Source: an uncultured bacterium (GTDB lineage: Bacteria; CSSED10-310; CAZUFC01). Taken from it: a DNA stretch of 64,000 nucleotides. The stretch lies in the NCBI GenBank assembly GCA_964619725.1, contig CAZUFC010000001.1, forward strand, positions 32,001 to 96,000, given 5' to 3'. A program made the position numbers and the translations under genes. The notes below the pieces were generated by a model, which did not search any database, was not told the origin of the DNA, and saw only the letters and a program-made list of their open reading frames with translations. This document shows, piece after piece, positions 31,671 to 41,236 of this stretch. Position 1 is the stretch's first letter. Every line of letters starts with the position of its first letter.

Positions 31671-33179
31671 ATGAAACGGTTAAATTTTTTACAGACATCA
31701 ATAACGCTGTTGGTTTTTCTGACAGCTTTTGTTTCGGTAAGTAAAGCTCAGTATGCGAATCATTTTCAGAAAATTTTCGATACGGGAACGGATACGGATA
31801 TAACGGCCATGACGAACACGTTTGACGGCGGATACGCAATGGTCGGGACCTACATGGACGACGGAAGATACAAGTATCCGCTTATGATGAAGCTTCACGA
31901 CGATTTTTCTGAGGAATGGACTCGAACGTATGACGTTCTGCAGCTTCCCTACCCCGGCATCATTTTGCCGAAGGACGTTCAGCAGACACATGATGAGGGG
32001 TACATCATAAGCGGCAAATTTATAGCGCCGTCCGTAGCGACGGGGGCTTTTTTGATGAGGACCGATTCCTGGGGCGAGGTGACGTGGTTTCGGGTTTATC
32101 CGGGGATACGCCGGTTGAATTCGGTTGTGGAGACGATGAGCGGTGGCAAGCCTGACGGTTTTGGAGCAGCGGGATATACCTATTATGATGCCGGCGAAAG
32201 GACCGGGGTCATTTTGCGAACGGACGCGGACGGATATGTGGAGTGGACCCGTTACTCCATGGGCATGAAGCATGGATTACCCGGAGCGGCGGATTACAAT
32301 CAGATCGTGCGTTATGGCGAGGGCCTGCTGGCTGCTGCCGGATATGCGAATTACGATCCGGTTCACCATGATGCGGATGTGCTTTTAACGGTAATAAAAT
32401 ATGACGGCAATCCGGTTCTTCACAGGACGTATGGAATGTATTTTTCTGATGCAGGGGATCTGCTTTGGGAACAGGGGACATCGCTGGTAGAACTGAATGA
32501 CGGATCGGGCGATCTGGCGGTTGTCGGCAATTACGCAGCAGGGGACATTGAAGCGACCCGTGATCCATATTTTGAAAACATCTTCGCCTTCCGCGTCACG
32601 CCGGAGGGGGATGTTGTATGGTCCAGGCGTTACGGACCTTTTGAAAGGGACTCCTTTGCGAACAGGGTAATCACCGACGGCGGCAAATACCTCTACATAA
32701 CGGGAAGGACCTATACGGCCAGCCTGGGATATCCCACCGTCTCCAGTGCAGAGGTCCTTCTGCTGAAAATCGATATTGCGGGAAACAGCATGTATCATGA
32801 TCTTTTGGGCGATTCTGGAGACGAAGAGGGAGTATCTGTGGTTCGTAACGACTCTGGTCATTTGACCATAGTCGGAAACACGACGAGTTTTCATCCCGTC
32901 GACAGGCAGATATATCTTATGGAAAGATACGAGAATCCTTTGCGAAATTGCAGGGACTTACGAGAAAAGAACAGGGATCAGAAAATAGACCTACCTGCCG
33001 TAAAAGCGCTGATGAGAGGAATGGAGGAAAAATCTGCAACATTCGTCGTGAGAGCTGATAAATCAAAGGTCCGCGACAGAATTCTTTGCAGGAAAACTTT
33101 CATTGGCTCACTGCAGGAACAAGAAAAAGAGCTTCAATATCATTTCAAACTTTCCGACAATAACATTTCTGAGGAATAA
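31671..33179 (+). CDS. Secreted beta-repeat (probable propeller) protein, paralogue 1
   Basis: Signal peptide; repeats of T.DGGY..VG / L.KxD..G.V.W.R.Y. Confidence 0.75.
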   Translation: MKRLNFLQTSITLLVFLTAFVSVSKAQYANHFQKIFDTGTDTDITAMTNTFDGGYAMVGTYMDDGRYKYPLMMKLHDDFSEEWTRTYDVLQLPYPGIILPKDVQQTHDEGYIISGKFIAPSVATGAFLMRTDSWGEVTWFRVYPGIRRLNSVVETMSGGKPDGFGAAGYTYYDAGERTGVILRTDADGYVEWTRYSMGMKHGLPGAADYNQIVRYGEGLLAAAGYANYDPVHHDADVLLTVIKYDGNPVLHRTYGMYFSDAGDLLWEQGTSLVELNDGSGDLAVVGNYAAGDIEATRDPYFENIFAFRVTPEGDVVWSRRYGPFERDSFANRVITDGGKYLYITGRTYTASLGYPTVSSAEVLLLKIDIAGNSMYHDLLGDSGDEEGVSVVRNDSGHLTIVGNTTSFHPVDRQIYLMERYENPLRNCRDLREKNRDQKIDLPAVKALMRGMEEKSATFVVRADKSKVRDRILCRKTFIGSLQEQEKELQYHFKLSDNNISEE

Positions 33180-33195
33180 AATGATCCGGAAGTTA

Positions 33196-33227
33196 CACGG
33201 CGATCGAGCTCATCATCGGTCGCCGTG
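33196..33227 (+). terminator. Hairpin after paralogue 1
   Basis: CACGGCGATCGA-loop-TCGGTCGCCGTG with a weak T tail. Confidence 0.45.
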
Positions 33228-33485
33228 ACGTTCATTTTCGGTCCTCACGCTATTACTGCAGCCTGTTTGATTTCCTGTTTCATCGGAAGCAAAGCGAACG
33301 GACGAAAGAATCAGTCAGGCATACTTAGCGGATAATGTTTTTTATCTGGATATTGGAAGAGCTGATCATAAATTGACGAAGGGCCCGATGCAGGAGAGAT
33401 TTTCGGAAGCATCGGGCTTAAAAATAGAGAATATCGCCGGAGAGTTTTTTCCCGGCGCTAAGTTCCCGGAAAAAAGGAGAAAAAA

Positions 33486-34973
33486 ATGAAACGGTTAAAT
33501 TTTTCAATAAAGATGACAGCAGCGGTCTTGTTTTTTATGACGGCGTTCATATCGGCGAGTGAAGCGCAATTCATTTACAATCATCAGAGGGTTTACGATC
33601 CTCTGGCCAACTCAAACGTAACGGCAATGGCTAAAACGACGGACGGAGGATACGTGATCGTCGGGACTTATCTTCCGGCCTGGAGCGGGGTAGGCCGTGC
33701 AATAATGATGAAACTTGACGGGGGATTCTCAACGGCATGGAGCAGGACTTTCGACGTACCAGGGGCGCCTTATCCTGCGATGATCTCTCCCCGAGACGTT
33801 TACCAGACGCTGGACCGCGGGTATATAATTTGCGGTAAATTCATTGCAGAGTCGCTTGTAACGGGTTCTTTTCTGATGAAAACGAACTATGTAGGCGACG
33901 TGCAATGGTTTCAGGTTTACCCGGAAATACAGCAGTTGAACTCAGTCGTTCAAACCACAATGTCGGGACAGGCTGACGGTTATGCCGCGGGCGGATTCAC
34001 GCGATACGACAATAATGAAACGGTGGGCGTGATTTTAAGAACGGACGTTAACGGCGGCGTCACGTGGAAACGATATGCGAGGGGATTGAAGTATTCGGTT
34101 CCCGGAGCTGCGGCCTACAATCAGATCATCCGGTATGACGAGGAGTATCTGGCGCTGACGGGATATGCGAATTACGACCTGGCGTATCAGGATATGGACG
34201 TTCTTTTAACGGTGATCAGTCATGACGGCGTGCCGGTTCTTCATCAGACCTACGGAATGTATCTTTCCGATAAAAACAACGGAATACGGGAAAAAGGCGT
34301 ATCGCTTGTCCGGCTTGAAGACGGAACAAAGGACCTGGTGATAACAGGCAATTATACTTCTGCAGTGATAGGAGTCTGTACGGACCCCAACTTTGAAAAC
34401 ATATTCGCCTTCAGAGTAAACAGCGGCGGTCAGGTGTTATGGGCCAGGCATTACGGGCCGCGACACACAAAGATGTTCGCGAATAGAATCGAACTCGGAC
34501 GCAAAGACGACCTCTACATAACCGGATGGACCCGTTCCAACAGCCTGGGCGCTCCTTCCAACATATCGTCGGAAGTATTGCTGTTGAAAATCAATGATTC
34601 AGGAACCGGCATATATCGTGAGATGTTCGGCGACGACGGTCAGGAAGGCGGAGTTTCGCTTGTTCGGAACAACCATGGTCATATGGTCATAGCGGGGAAT
34701 ACGACGAGTTTCAACTCGGCGAACAATGAAATTTACCTGATTGAAAGGTATGATCACCGTTGGAGAACATGTAAGGATTCACGCGAAAAACAAAGGACCG
34801 TCAAAATTCTAATGCCTGCTTTGGAAGCTGACCTCATCGAGGTCGGCGAGGAAGCGATACCTTATGAAGTTGAATCGATCGTGATCAGAATCGATGAAAG
34901 GGTCCTCTGTGAAAAACGTAAACTTCCCTGGTATTTCCAGCAGATATCCATAGCAGACCCATTCAAACCTTAA
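33486..34973 (+). CDS. Secreted beta-repeat protein, paralogue 2
   Basis: Collinear with 31671..33179 (MKRLNF, PGAA.YNQI.RY, DP.FENIFAFRV, AGNTTSF). Confidence 0.75.
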   Translation: MKRLNFSIKMTAAVLFFMTAFISASEAQFIYNHQRVYDPLANSNVTAMAKTTDGGYVIVGTYLPAWSGVGRAIMMKLDGGFSTAWSRTFDVPGAPYPAMISPRDVYQTLDRGYIICGKFIAESLVTGSFLMKTNYVGDVQWFQVYPEIQQLNSVVQTTMSGQADGYAAGGFTRYDNNETVGVILRTDVNGGVTWKRYARGLKYSVPGAAAYNQIIRYDEEYLALTGYANYDLAYQDMDVLLTVISHDGVPVLHQTYGMYLSDKNNGIREKGVSLVRLEDGTKDLVITGNYTSAVIGVCTDPNFENIFAFRVNSGGQVLWARHYGPRHTKMFANRIELGRKDDLYITGWTRSNSLGAPSNISSEVLLLKINDSGTGIYREMFGDDGQEGGVSLVRNNHGHMVIAGNTTSFNSANNEIYLIERYDHRWRTCKDSREKQRTVKILMPALEADLIEVGEEAIPYEVESIVIRIDERVLCEKRKLPWYFQQISIADPFKP

Positions 34974-35282
34974 AAAAAAATCAAACCGGCAGTTTCCTGG
35001 TCTTCGGCAGCATTCTCAACTCTTCTGCCGGAGACCAGGAAAGCGAAAGAGAGGGGCATGAAAATTTTGCCTCCCATTCGTTCAGACCCTGAAATACCTA
35101 TGCATGACAGGGGCTGACAAAAGGATTACAGGACGCCGTGACCTTTCCGGGCATACATCTTTTCACTTTTATTCTTGAAGCTTCGCGGACAGACCAGGCG
35201 GAAGCCCGGAGTCATCGGACCGCTATGACCTGCACAATGACGCAATCTGATCGCAGGAGAGCTCTGATCCTCATTAGTTTTT

Positions 35283-35412
35283 ATCCATAAACGGCGAATT
35301 TTTCCCAATATTGCGTCAGTCTTCGGATTTGCTCAGGCAACGTATAAGCAACACCCCTGCCTCGCAAATCCTTACCATCCTTGTCTTAATAAAAATTCGC
35401 TCGTTTATGGAT
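35283..35412. repeat. Palindromic element C (MITE-like)
   Basis: Arms ATCCATAAACGGCGAATTTTT and AAAAATTCGCTCGTTTATGGAT; an interrupted homologue lies at 20014..20405. Confidence 0.65.
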
Positions 35413-35561
35413 CAAAAACCGCAGTGACTGTCCAGCATTAAATTTTGAATCGACAATCGAGTTTATGGACAGTCACTCATTAGTTTTTGTCCAAAAACCG
35501 CAGTGACTGTCCGGCATTAAATTTTGAATCGACAATCGAGTTTGTGGACAGTCACTCATTA
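35413..35561. repeat. Two tandem copies (79-bp period) of REP-like element B
   Basis: CAAAAACCGCAGTGACTGTCC(A/G)GCATTAAATTTTGAATCGACAATCGAGTTT(A/G)TGGACAGTCACTCATTA, twice. Confidence 0.9.
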
Positions 35562-35714
35562 TAATTCTTTAATCCAAGCTTCTATAATTTTTTGCATTTT
35601 GAACGGAATGTTGATAAGAAAGAAAAGGAGCCGCCGACTGGGTTAGGCTTGAAGTTGACGCAGTAAGGATATATTTTTCTTGATTGAAATCTGACAAAAA
35701 ATGAAGAGGTCATT

Positions 35715-38700
35715 ATGACGATTAAAAAGCTGAAAAAGCACTTTTTATGCCTGATAATCTGCCTGACGGCGATATCCCTGAACATCATGGCGGGACATGT
35801 TTCAGCGGGGGATGAGCGAGATGCCCGATGGACGATGATCATGATGCTGGCGGGCGAATATGCGGACATGGAGGAGACGCTGGAGCTGGAGGGAGCAGGA
35901 GATGATGTGGATGTAGTCGTTCTGCACGATCCTTATGGAGTGGGGAACTCGCACGCATACTATCTTCCTGTGGGTCCCGGTCCGGCGGTGGACATTCCTC
36001 TGGATGAAATTTTTTATCCTGATCCCGGCGATGAGATCAGCATCAGAAACAAATGGGTCGTAGATGACTTTTTAAATTACGTTCAGACTAATTTCCCGTC
36101 TCAGCATTATCTTTTGTCCATCAGAAGCGGGATGGATTTTTATTCTTTCCTGGAAGACATCGATTATCCGGCGAATGATTTCAATATGTATGAGGAGCCG
36201 GCATGCGGTGAAAAGGATGATCGTTATACGGGGATAACCATCGTGGATTTCGCCTGGGTGATGGACCGATTCGTTCAGAGGAACGGAGGCGAAAAACTGG
36301 ACGTTTTGAATCTGGGATTATGTCTCAGTTCAGTAGCAGACTGGGTTTACGAAATGGTCGATTATGCGGATTATTTTTCCGGTTCCGAAACGTATACGAA
36401 TCCTCCGGTGGCCGCATACTGGCGGAATTATCGCTGGCTTTATGAAATGAAGAATAATCCGGCAATCACGCCCGAAGAGCTGGTTATAAGGATAGCGGAA
36501 ATATTTGCGAGTCATGCGTATTACGGTTATAAAACGGATGAACCTTTTCAAGTTTCCTCAATAGACCTGTCGCTGATGCCGGATGTAGCTACGAAGTTCA
36601 GTCTGGTCATTGACCGGCTGCTGGAATTGTTTCCTTCACAGGCCGACGAATTTGTGGAAGCCGTATCCATATCTGAACGCTTCGGTCAATACCGGCGTTG
36701 CGATATGACTCACCTGCTGGAGAATACTCTTCGTTATATTTCCGATACTCAACTGGAAATGAAAATAAACGATGCCGTAAATTCAATCGATGCCGCGGTA
36801 ATAGCCAACGAATACGAACATTTTCGGAATTGCTGCGGCTTAATGGTACCCCTATTGACTTTTTCCGACTGGCACGGAAGCGCCGGAGACCTTTATCTGG
36901 AACGTTGCGGAAGCTTTGCGGAAGAAGTGGGCATGGAAAACCTCATGGATGCTCTGCCGCCGCCCGAACCGCCCGTGGAAGGACTGATAATCACTGAGGT
37001 AGACCCTCATCCCAACGATGAAGCGGGAACGGAAGGCGACGTTATGGAAATTTACAATTACGAGGATGAATCAGTGGACCTGAGAGGGCTCATCATTGAC
37101 GATCTTGACGGACCGAGGCGTTATTCTTTCATCGACGAACACGACGTCAATCATAACCAGGCGATATTGGCTCCCGGCGAATTCGCAGTCGTCAGATTCA
37201 GACGAACCGAAGCCAATCCCTACGTCGCTCCTGCTGATGCGGAAGTTACAGTTACCGGGTACGGGCTGGAAATTACTTCCTATACCGTTCATGAATACAG
37301 GGAATTTTCAGATCACGACGACCAGGCGGTCCTCATCGACGGCGACGTCATCCTGGACGCTGTAGCCTGGTGCAACAGGGACGGCGAGTCCAACGGCATC
37401 GAAGCCGTCAATCTTGAGCGCCTGGTCGAATACGACGGATGGGACGCTCCTGAAGACGTGGCCGAGCATTACTTCAGAGAAAACTATGCTGAAGGCAATC
37501 AATACGAAAAAAATACCGTTAACTTCAGCTTCATCGCCGGGGGAGAATCCGGCTCACTCCAAAGAAAATACGACGGCTCATTCTTCAGTCAGGGCCTTCA
37601 GGGCATCGATTCGCCCGATCATTTCACCGTTCTGAACGATACTACTTTCGGCGATTTCACTCCCGTCGATGCCGAATTCCAACCCCAGGCCTGCCCCCAC
37701 CTGATGATTACAGAGCTCGCCCCCAACATCTCCATTACGGAAAACGCCGGCGATCTGATAGAAATCTATAACGCCGGACTCCAGCAGGCGGATATCTATT
37801 ACGTTATTCTCAGCGATATAGACCCGGGCGAAAATGAAGAAGACCTGCCCGGTTCCGAAATAGAAATCGTCGGAGACGACATAGGACCCGGCATCGTCAT
37901 GCTGAATCCAGGCGAAATGATCGTCGTCGAACTTATCTCTGACTCCGTTCAAACTCAACCCGATCCCGTCGTCACTGACTACGGCTTCTACGTGAAAACG
38001 CCGGCCGGACAGCAGTTCGACGCCAGAGGAGACCAAACCGTCCTCGTCAACCGCAACGGAGGCGATCTCATCGATTCATTCGCCTATATCAATACCGATC
38101 TCGCAGAATTCGACAACGATGCCGCCAAAAGAGACTACCTCTTCGATTTCGACGCCCTGACACTAAGCGAAGGAGGATTCGGTTTCGTCCTGGATAATAC
38201 CGACGCCTGGGCCGGCGACGATGATATGTCCGGCATGCCGCTCACCGATGCCTTCGATTACAGAATCAACCAGGCCGTCACCTTCCCCTTCGCAGAAAAT
38301 GAAGGCGGCTCCATCCAGAGAAACATCTCTGGATACCAGTTCCAGGAAGGTCTTCCCGACTCTAAAAATATCTTCTTTACCTCAAACGTTACTTCATTCG
38401 GCGTCCTTCCCTCATGGACCCAAACTCCATCTCCTACCGGCACGCTCCCTACCTATACCCCCACAAGAACACCGACGCCTACCTTCTCCTTCTCCGCCAC
38501 TCCTACAAATACTCCGACTTTTACACCTACCATGGAACATTCCTTCACGCCGCCTCCTTCGCCCACTCAACCCCATACAGGTATCGAATGCGCCATTCTC
38601 ACTAATCAGGAAATCTATGAAGCCGACGACCTCTTCCTCCTCGATGCCGAATACTTCAACCACCACAACTATTCCGTTACCGCCGCCGAAATGATCGTCC

Positions 38701-38924
38701 TCGACGTCTACCAGGAATACTGGTTCTGGCCCGACTGGACCCAAAACTTCAATTTCCGCTCCGTTAATATGCCCCCCAATCATTACGAAACTGAAAATAT
38801 ACTCAGCTTCGTCTGGCCTCCCAATGCCGGACAGGCCGACGACCTGAAATTCTGGATCGCCTTCATGGATACAGACTTCATTGAACTGCACTGCTTCCAC
38901 AATACAGCCTTCGGTTTCCGTTGA
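35715..38924 (+). CDS. C11 (clostripain-like) peptidase homologue with two lamin-tail-like domains, Pro/Thr linker and conserved CTD
   Basis: WTMIMMLAG, VDVVVLHD, NFPSQHYLL, KLDVLNLGLC, YEMVDYADYFSGSE, SSIDLS; two LxITE..P..GD..EIYN domains. Confidence 0.75.
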   Translation: MTIKKLKKHFLCLIICLTAISLNIMAGHVSAGDERDARWTMIMMLAGEYADMEETLELEGAGDDVDVVVLHDPYGVGNSHAYYLPVGPGPAVDIPLDEIFYPDPGDEISIRNKWVVDDFLNYVQTNFPSQHYLLSIRSGMDFYSFLEDIDYPANDFNMYEEPACGEKDDRYTGITIVDFAWVMDRFVQRNGGEKLDVLNLGLCLSSVADWVYEMVDYADYFSGSETYTNPPVAAYWRNYRWLYEMKNNPAITPEELVIRIAEIFASHAYYGYKTDEPFQVSSIDLSLMPDVATKFSLVIDRLLELFPSQADEFVEAVSISERFGQYRRCDMTHLLENTLRYISDTQLEMKINDAVNSIDAAVIANEYEHFRNCCGLMVPLLTFSDWHGSAGDLYLERCGSFAEEVGMENLMDALPPPEPPVEGLIITEVDPHPNDEAGTEGDVMEIYNYEDESVDLRGLIIDDLDGPRRYSFIDEHDVNHNQAILAPGEFAVVRFRRTEANPYVAPADAEVTVTGYGLEITSYTVHEYREFSDHDDQAVLIDGDVILDAVAWCNRDGESNGIEAVNLERLVEYDGWDAPEDVAEHYFRENYAEGNQYEKNTVNFSFIAGGESGSLQRKYDGSFFSQGLQGIDSPDHFTVLNDTTFGDFTPVDAEFQPQACPHLMITELAPNISITENAGDLIEIYNAGLQQADIYYVILSDIDPGENEEDLPGSEIEIVGDDIGPGIVMLNPGEMIVVELISDSVQTQPDPVVTDYGFYVKTPAGQQFDARGDQTVLVNRNGGDLIDSFAYINTDLAEFDNDAAKRDYLFDFDALTLSEGGFGFVLDNTDAWAGDDDMSGMPLTDAFDYRINQAVTFPFAENEGGSIQRNISGYQFQEGLPDSKNIFFTSNVTSFGVLPSWTQTPSPTGTLPTYTPTRTPTPTFSFSATPTNTPTFTPTMEHSFTPPPSPTQPHTGIECAILTNQEIYEADDLFLLDAEYFNHHNYSVTAAEMIVLDVYQEYWFWPDWTQNFNFRSVNMPPNHYETENILSFVWPPNAGQADDLKFWIAFMDTDFIELHCFHNTAFGFR

Positions 38925-39246
38925 TCACGATTTCCTCTAAACTTAATTCCGCAGCCGCACATAACGCGCACGCCCCTGTAAAATTTCCCTGCAATATTTT
39001 TTTATTTTTTACCCTTTAAAACCGATTAAAAAAAATTATGAGTTTTCATCGGGCGGGAATCATTTTTTTTCGGAAAATTGCGGTTATGGAAACATAACAA
39101 AGTCAATTCGTTAGCGCCGGGTGAGGAAAATTTCCCAGTATTGCCATTATGCCTGAATGGCTGTAACGCACTATATTCAAACCCCTTCCGATTCCCCCTT
39201 TCTTGCAAAATTTTTCTGAATTTTTTACTCCCTGTCGCTTTTTTAC

Positions 39247-39274
39247 TTGACATAGGTGAGAATATCCTTAAAAT
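39247..39274 (+). promoter_or_regulatory. Putative sigma70 promoter
   Basis: TTGACA-N16-TAAAAT upstream of the 39388 gene. Confidence 0.55.
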
Positions 39275-39387
39275 GACTATGAGATAAAGCTTTTAGAGTT
39301 TTGAGGCGATTTTGAGAAGCGGATCGCATATAAATTAGCGTTCGAAAAGGCTTTAAAAATTTCAGTTAAAAGATGTAACGCGGGAGC

Positions 39388-40677
39388 GTGATGAGAAGCG
39401 AGGGAATCAGACATTGGTGGGAAGAGTTCCGCAGGGGCAGGGTGGAGGCGCGTCGAAAATTGCGTGACGAATTGGGTCGTCGTTTGTATATGATTGTGAG
39501 TCGCTGGAGTGTGGACAGCATAGCTTTATCGACGGTGGAAGAGACGTTGAGCATGATAAATGAGCGTTTGCCTGATTATTTGAGTTTGGAGCAGATGGTA
39601 GACGATGCTTATGCGACGGCGGAGGCGAGTTTTGGGCGTCATGCGGAGCGAAGGATGCGGAGCAGCGTGGAGTCGGGGCGCGAGGGGAGCGGCGTCGGCG
39701 CAGGATTCAGTTTTGAGGATCATCGTCGAGAGACTGCGGATACTGAGATTGCTGAGGATATATTTCGCAGGGGTATGAAGTCGGCGGACCCTTGGACGAG
39801 GCGACTGGCTATGCTGGTATATTCCGGAAGATCGCCGGATGAAGTTCGCCGGATGATGATACTGGGCGAGGACGAGGAAGAGAGTATATTTGCGGGTTTA
39901 GAAAGGATCCGTAGCGCGTTTTTGAGGAATATGGGTGAGGAATCGTGTTTGCGTGAATGCATTGATGCGGAGCAGGGATACATGGTGGGATATTATGAAG
40001 CGGGATTGGCGAGCAAGCGTCTTAGGAGCGAGATAGAGCGTCATTTATTGTTATGTGATTCCTGTTTTCACAGTTTCAGGATACTGGGACCCATCATGTC
40101 GTTCATCCGTGGAGCGGACCGGGAATGGCTTTTCGGCGGATTTAATTTAGCGAAGCCAGTGTATGCGAGGCCTGCGCGCAAGCAGAGGAAGTATAAGAGA
40201 ATGAGCAGGCGTCGGATCATGAAGGAGTTTTTCGGAAAGTTCCAGGTCAAGGCGGCGCTGTTATTAAGCGGGAGCATCTGCATTTTAATCGGCGTCATTT
40301 GGATTTTTAATAAAGTAACGCCCACGGGATTGTCATATCGTGAACCTGTAAATCAATCGAGGGTGCAAACCGAAAAGCAGGCGGACAAGTCCATTCTGCT
40401 GATCAGTCCTCTGGGCAAAATAGAAGATTCAGCGTTGAAATTCGATTGGAAGATGTTGACTGAGACAGAAGAGGGGGAATTGATATACTCGGTTCAACTG
40501 GCTGATGCCGGGATGAATTTCATGTGGAAAAAATCTGTGGACGGTTCAAGCATTACCTTGCCTTCAGAAAATTTAAAATTAAAAAGGAAAACTAGGTATT
40601 TTTGGAAGGTTACGGCCCAAAACGAACAAGGTCAATGTTTTGAATCGGAAATGGGCGCATTTGAGATATTAAAATAA
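39388..40677 (+). CDS. Membrane protein with a ZAS zinc-finger anti-sigma motif, long N-terminal extension and periplasmic beta domain
   Basis: IERHLLLCDSC (HxxxCxxC), one TM helix, C-terminal FDW..YSVQL..YFWKVTA. Confidence 0.65.
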   Translation: MMRSEGIRHWWEEFRRGRVEARRKLRDELGRRLYMIVSRWSVDSIALSTVEETLSMINERLPDYLSLEQMVDDAYATAEASFGRHAERRMRSSVESGREGSGVGAGFSFEDHRRETADTEIAEDIFRRGMKSADPWTRRLAMLVYSGRSPDEVRRMMILGEDEEESIFAGLERIRSAFLRNMGEESCLRECIDAEQGYMVGYYEAGLASKRLRSEIERHLLLCDSCFHSFRILGPIMSFIRGADREWLFGGFNLAKPVYARPARKQRKYKRMSRRRIMKEFFGKFQVKAALLLSGSICILIGVIWIFNKVTPTGLSYREPVNQSRVQTEKQADKSILLISPLGKIEDSALKFDWKMLTETEEGELIYSVQLADAGMNFMWKKSVDGSSITLPSENLKLKRKTRYFWKVTAQNEQGQCFESEMGAFEILK

Positions 40678-40922
40678 TGAAGACGAGCGACAAGAAGAAG
40701 CCGGTGGTGTGCATGATATGCGGTAAAGTGACGAACCCGCCGGCAAGCATATGTCCTTCCTGTTCCGAGAAGCTGAAGTCAGAGGCCCGTTCCCGGTCCA
40801 AGACATTCAGCAAGCAGGCTGAGGATCAGTTAAAACGATACGGGGCCAAAGGCCGGCACAAAAAATCCGTGAGAAAAAAAACGCCTCTGGAGCAAAAAAA
40901 AGAGGATAAAAAGAGGGAATAG
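40677..40922 (+). CDS. Small basic Zn-ribbon protein
   Basis: CMIC...CPSC; start overlaps the upstream stop (TAATG). Confidence 0.65.
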   Translation: MKTSDKKKPVVCMICGKVTNPPASICPSCSEKLKSEARSRSKTFSKQAEDQLKRYGAKGRHKKSVRKKTPLEQKKEDKKRE

Positions 40923-40927
40923 CCGGA

Positions 40928-41236
40928 TCAGGTTTTGAGTTTCTCGGAGAGTTTACTGAGTTGCGGCTTCAGTTTTTGATAAAGATGTTTCATCAGCATT
41001 TCGCGGGCGAAAACCAGGCGGTTGTTTTCGTATTTAGCTCCACTCATCCGGCGGTCCCAATCTTCTTGCAATGTCTTGAGTTTTTCCTGAAGTTCAGGCG
41101 GAGAGTTCTCGATCAATTTTTCTATCTCTTTTTTTCTTTCCAGCTCGAACAGAAGCCGGTTATTTTTGAGCAGGCGGGAAAATCTTTTATGTTTTTCAAG
41201 AGCTTTTTTTTCGATTTTATCATCGTTCGAGTTCAT
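40928..41236 (-). CDS. Hypothetical helical protein (DUF3135-like)
   Basis: FELERKKEIEKLIENSP..KL..LQ..WD; likely ATG 41236. Confidence 0.55.
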   Translation of the reverse strand: MNSNDDKIEKKALEKHKRFSRLLKNNRLLFELERKKEIEKLIENSPPELQEKLKTLQEDWDRRMSGAKYENNRLVFAREMLMKHLYQKLKPQLSKLSEKLKT

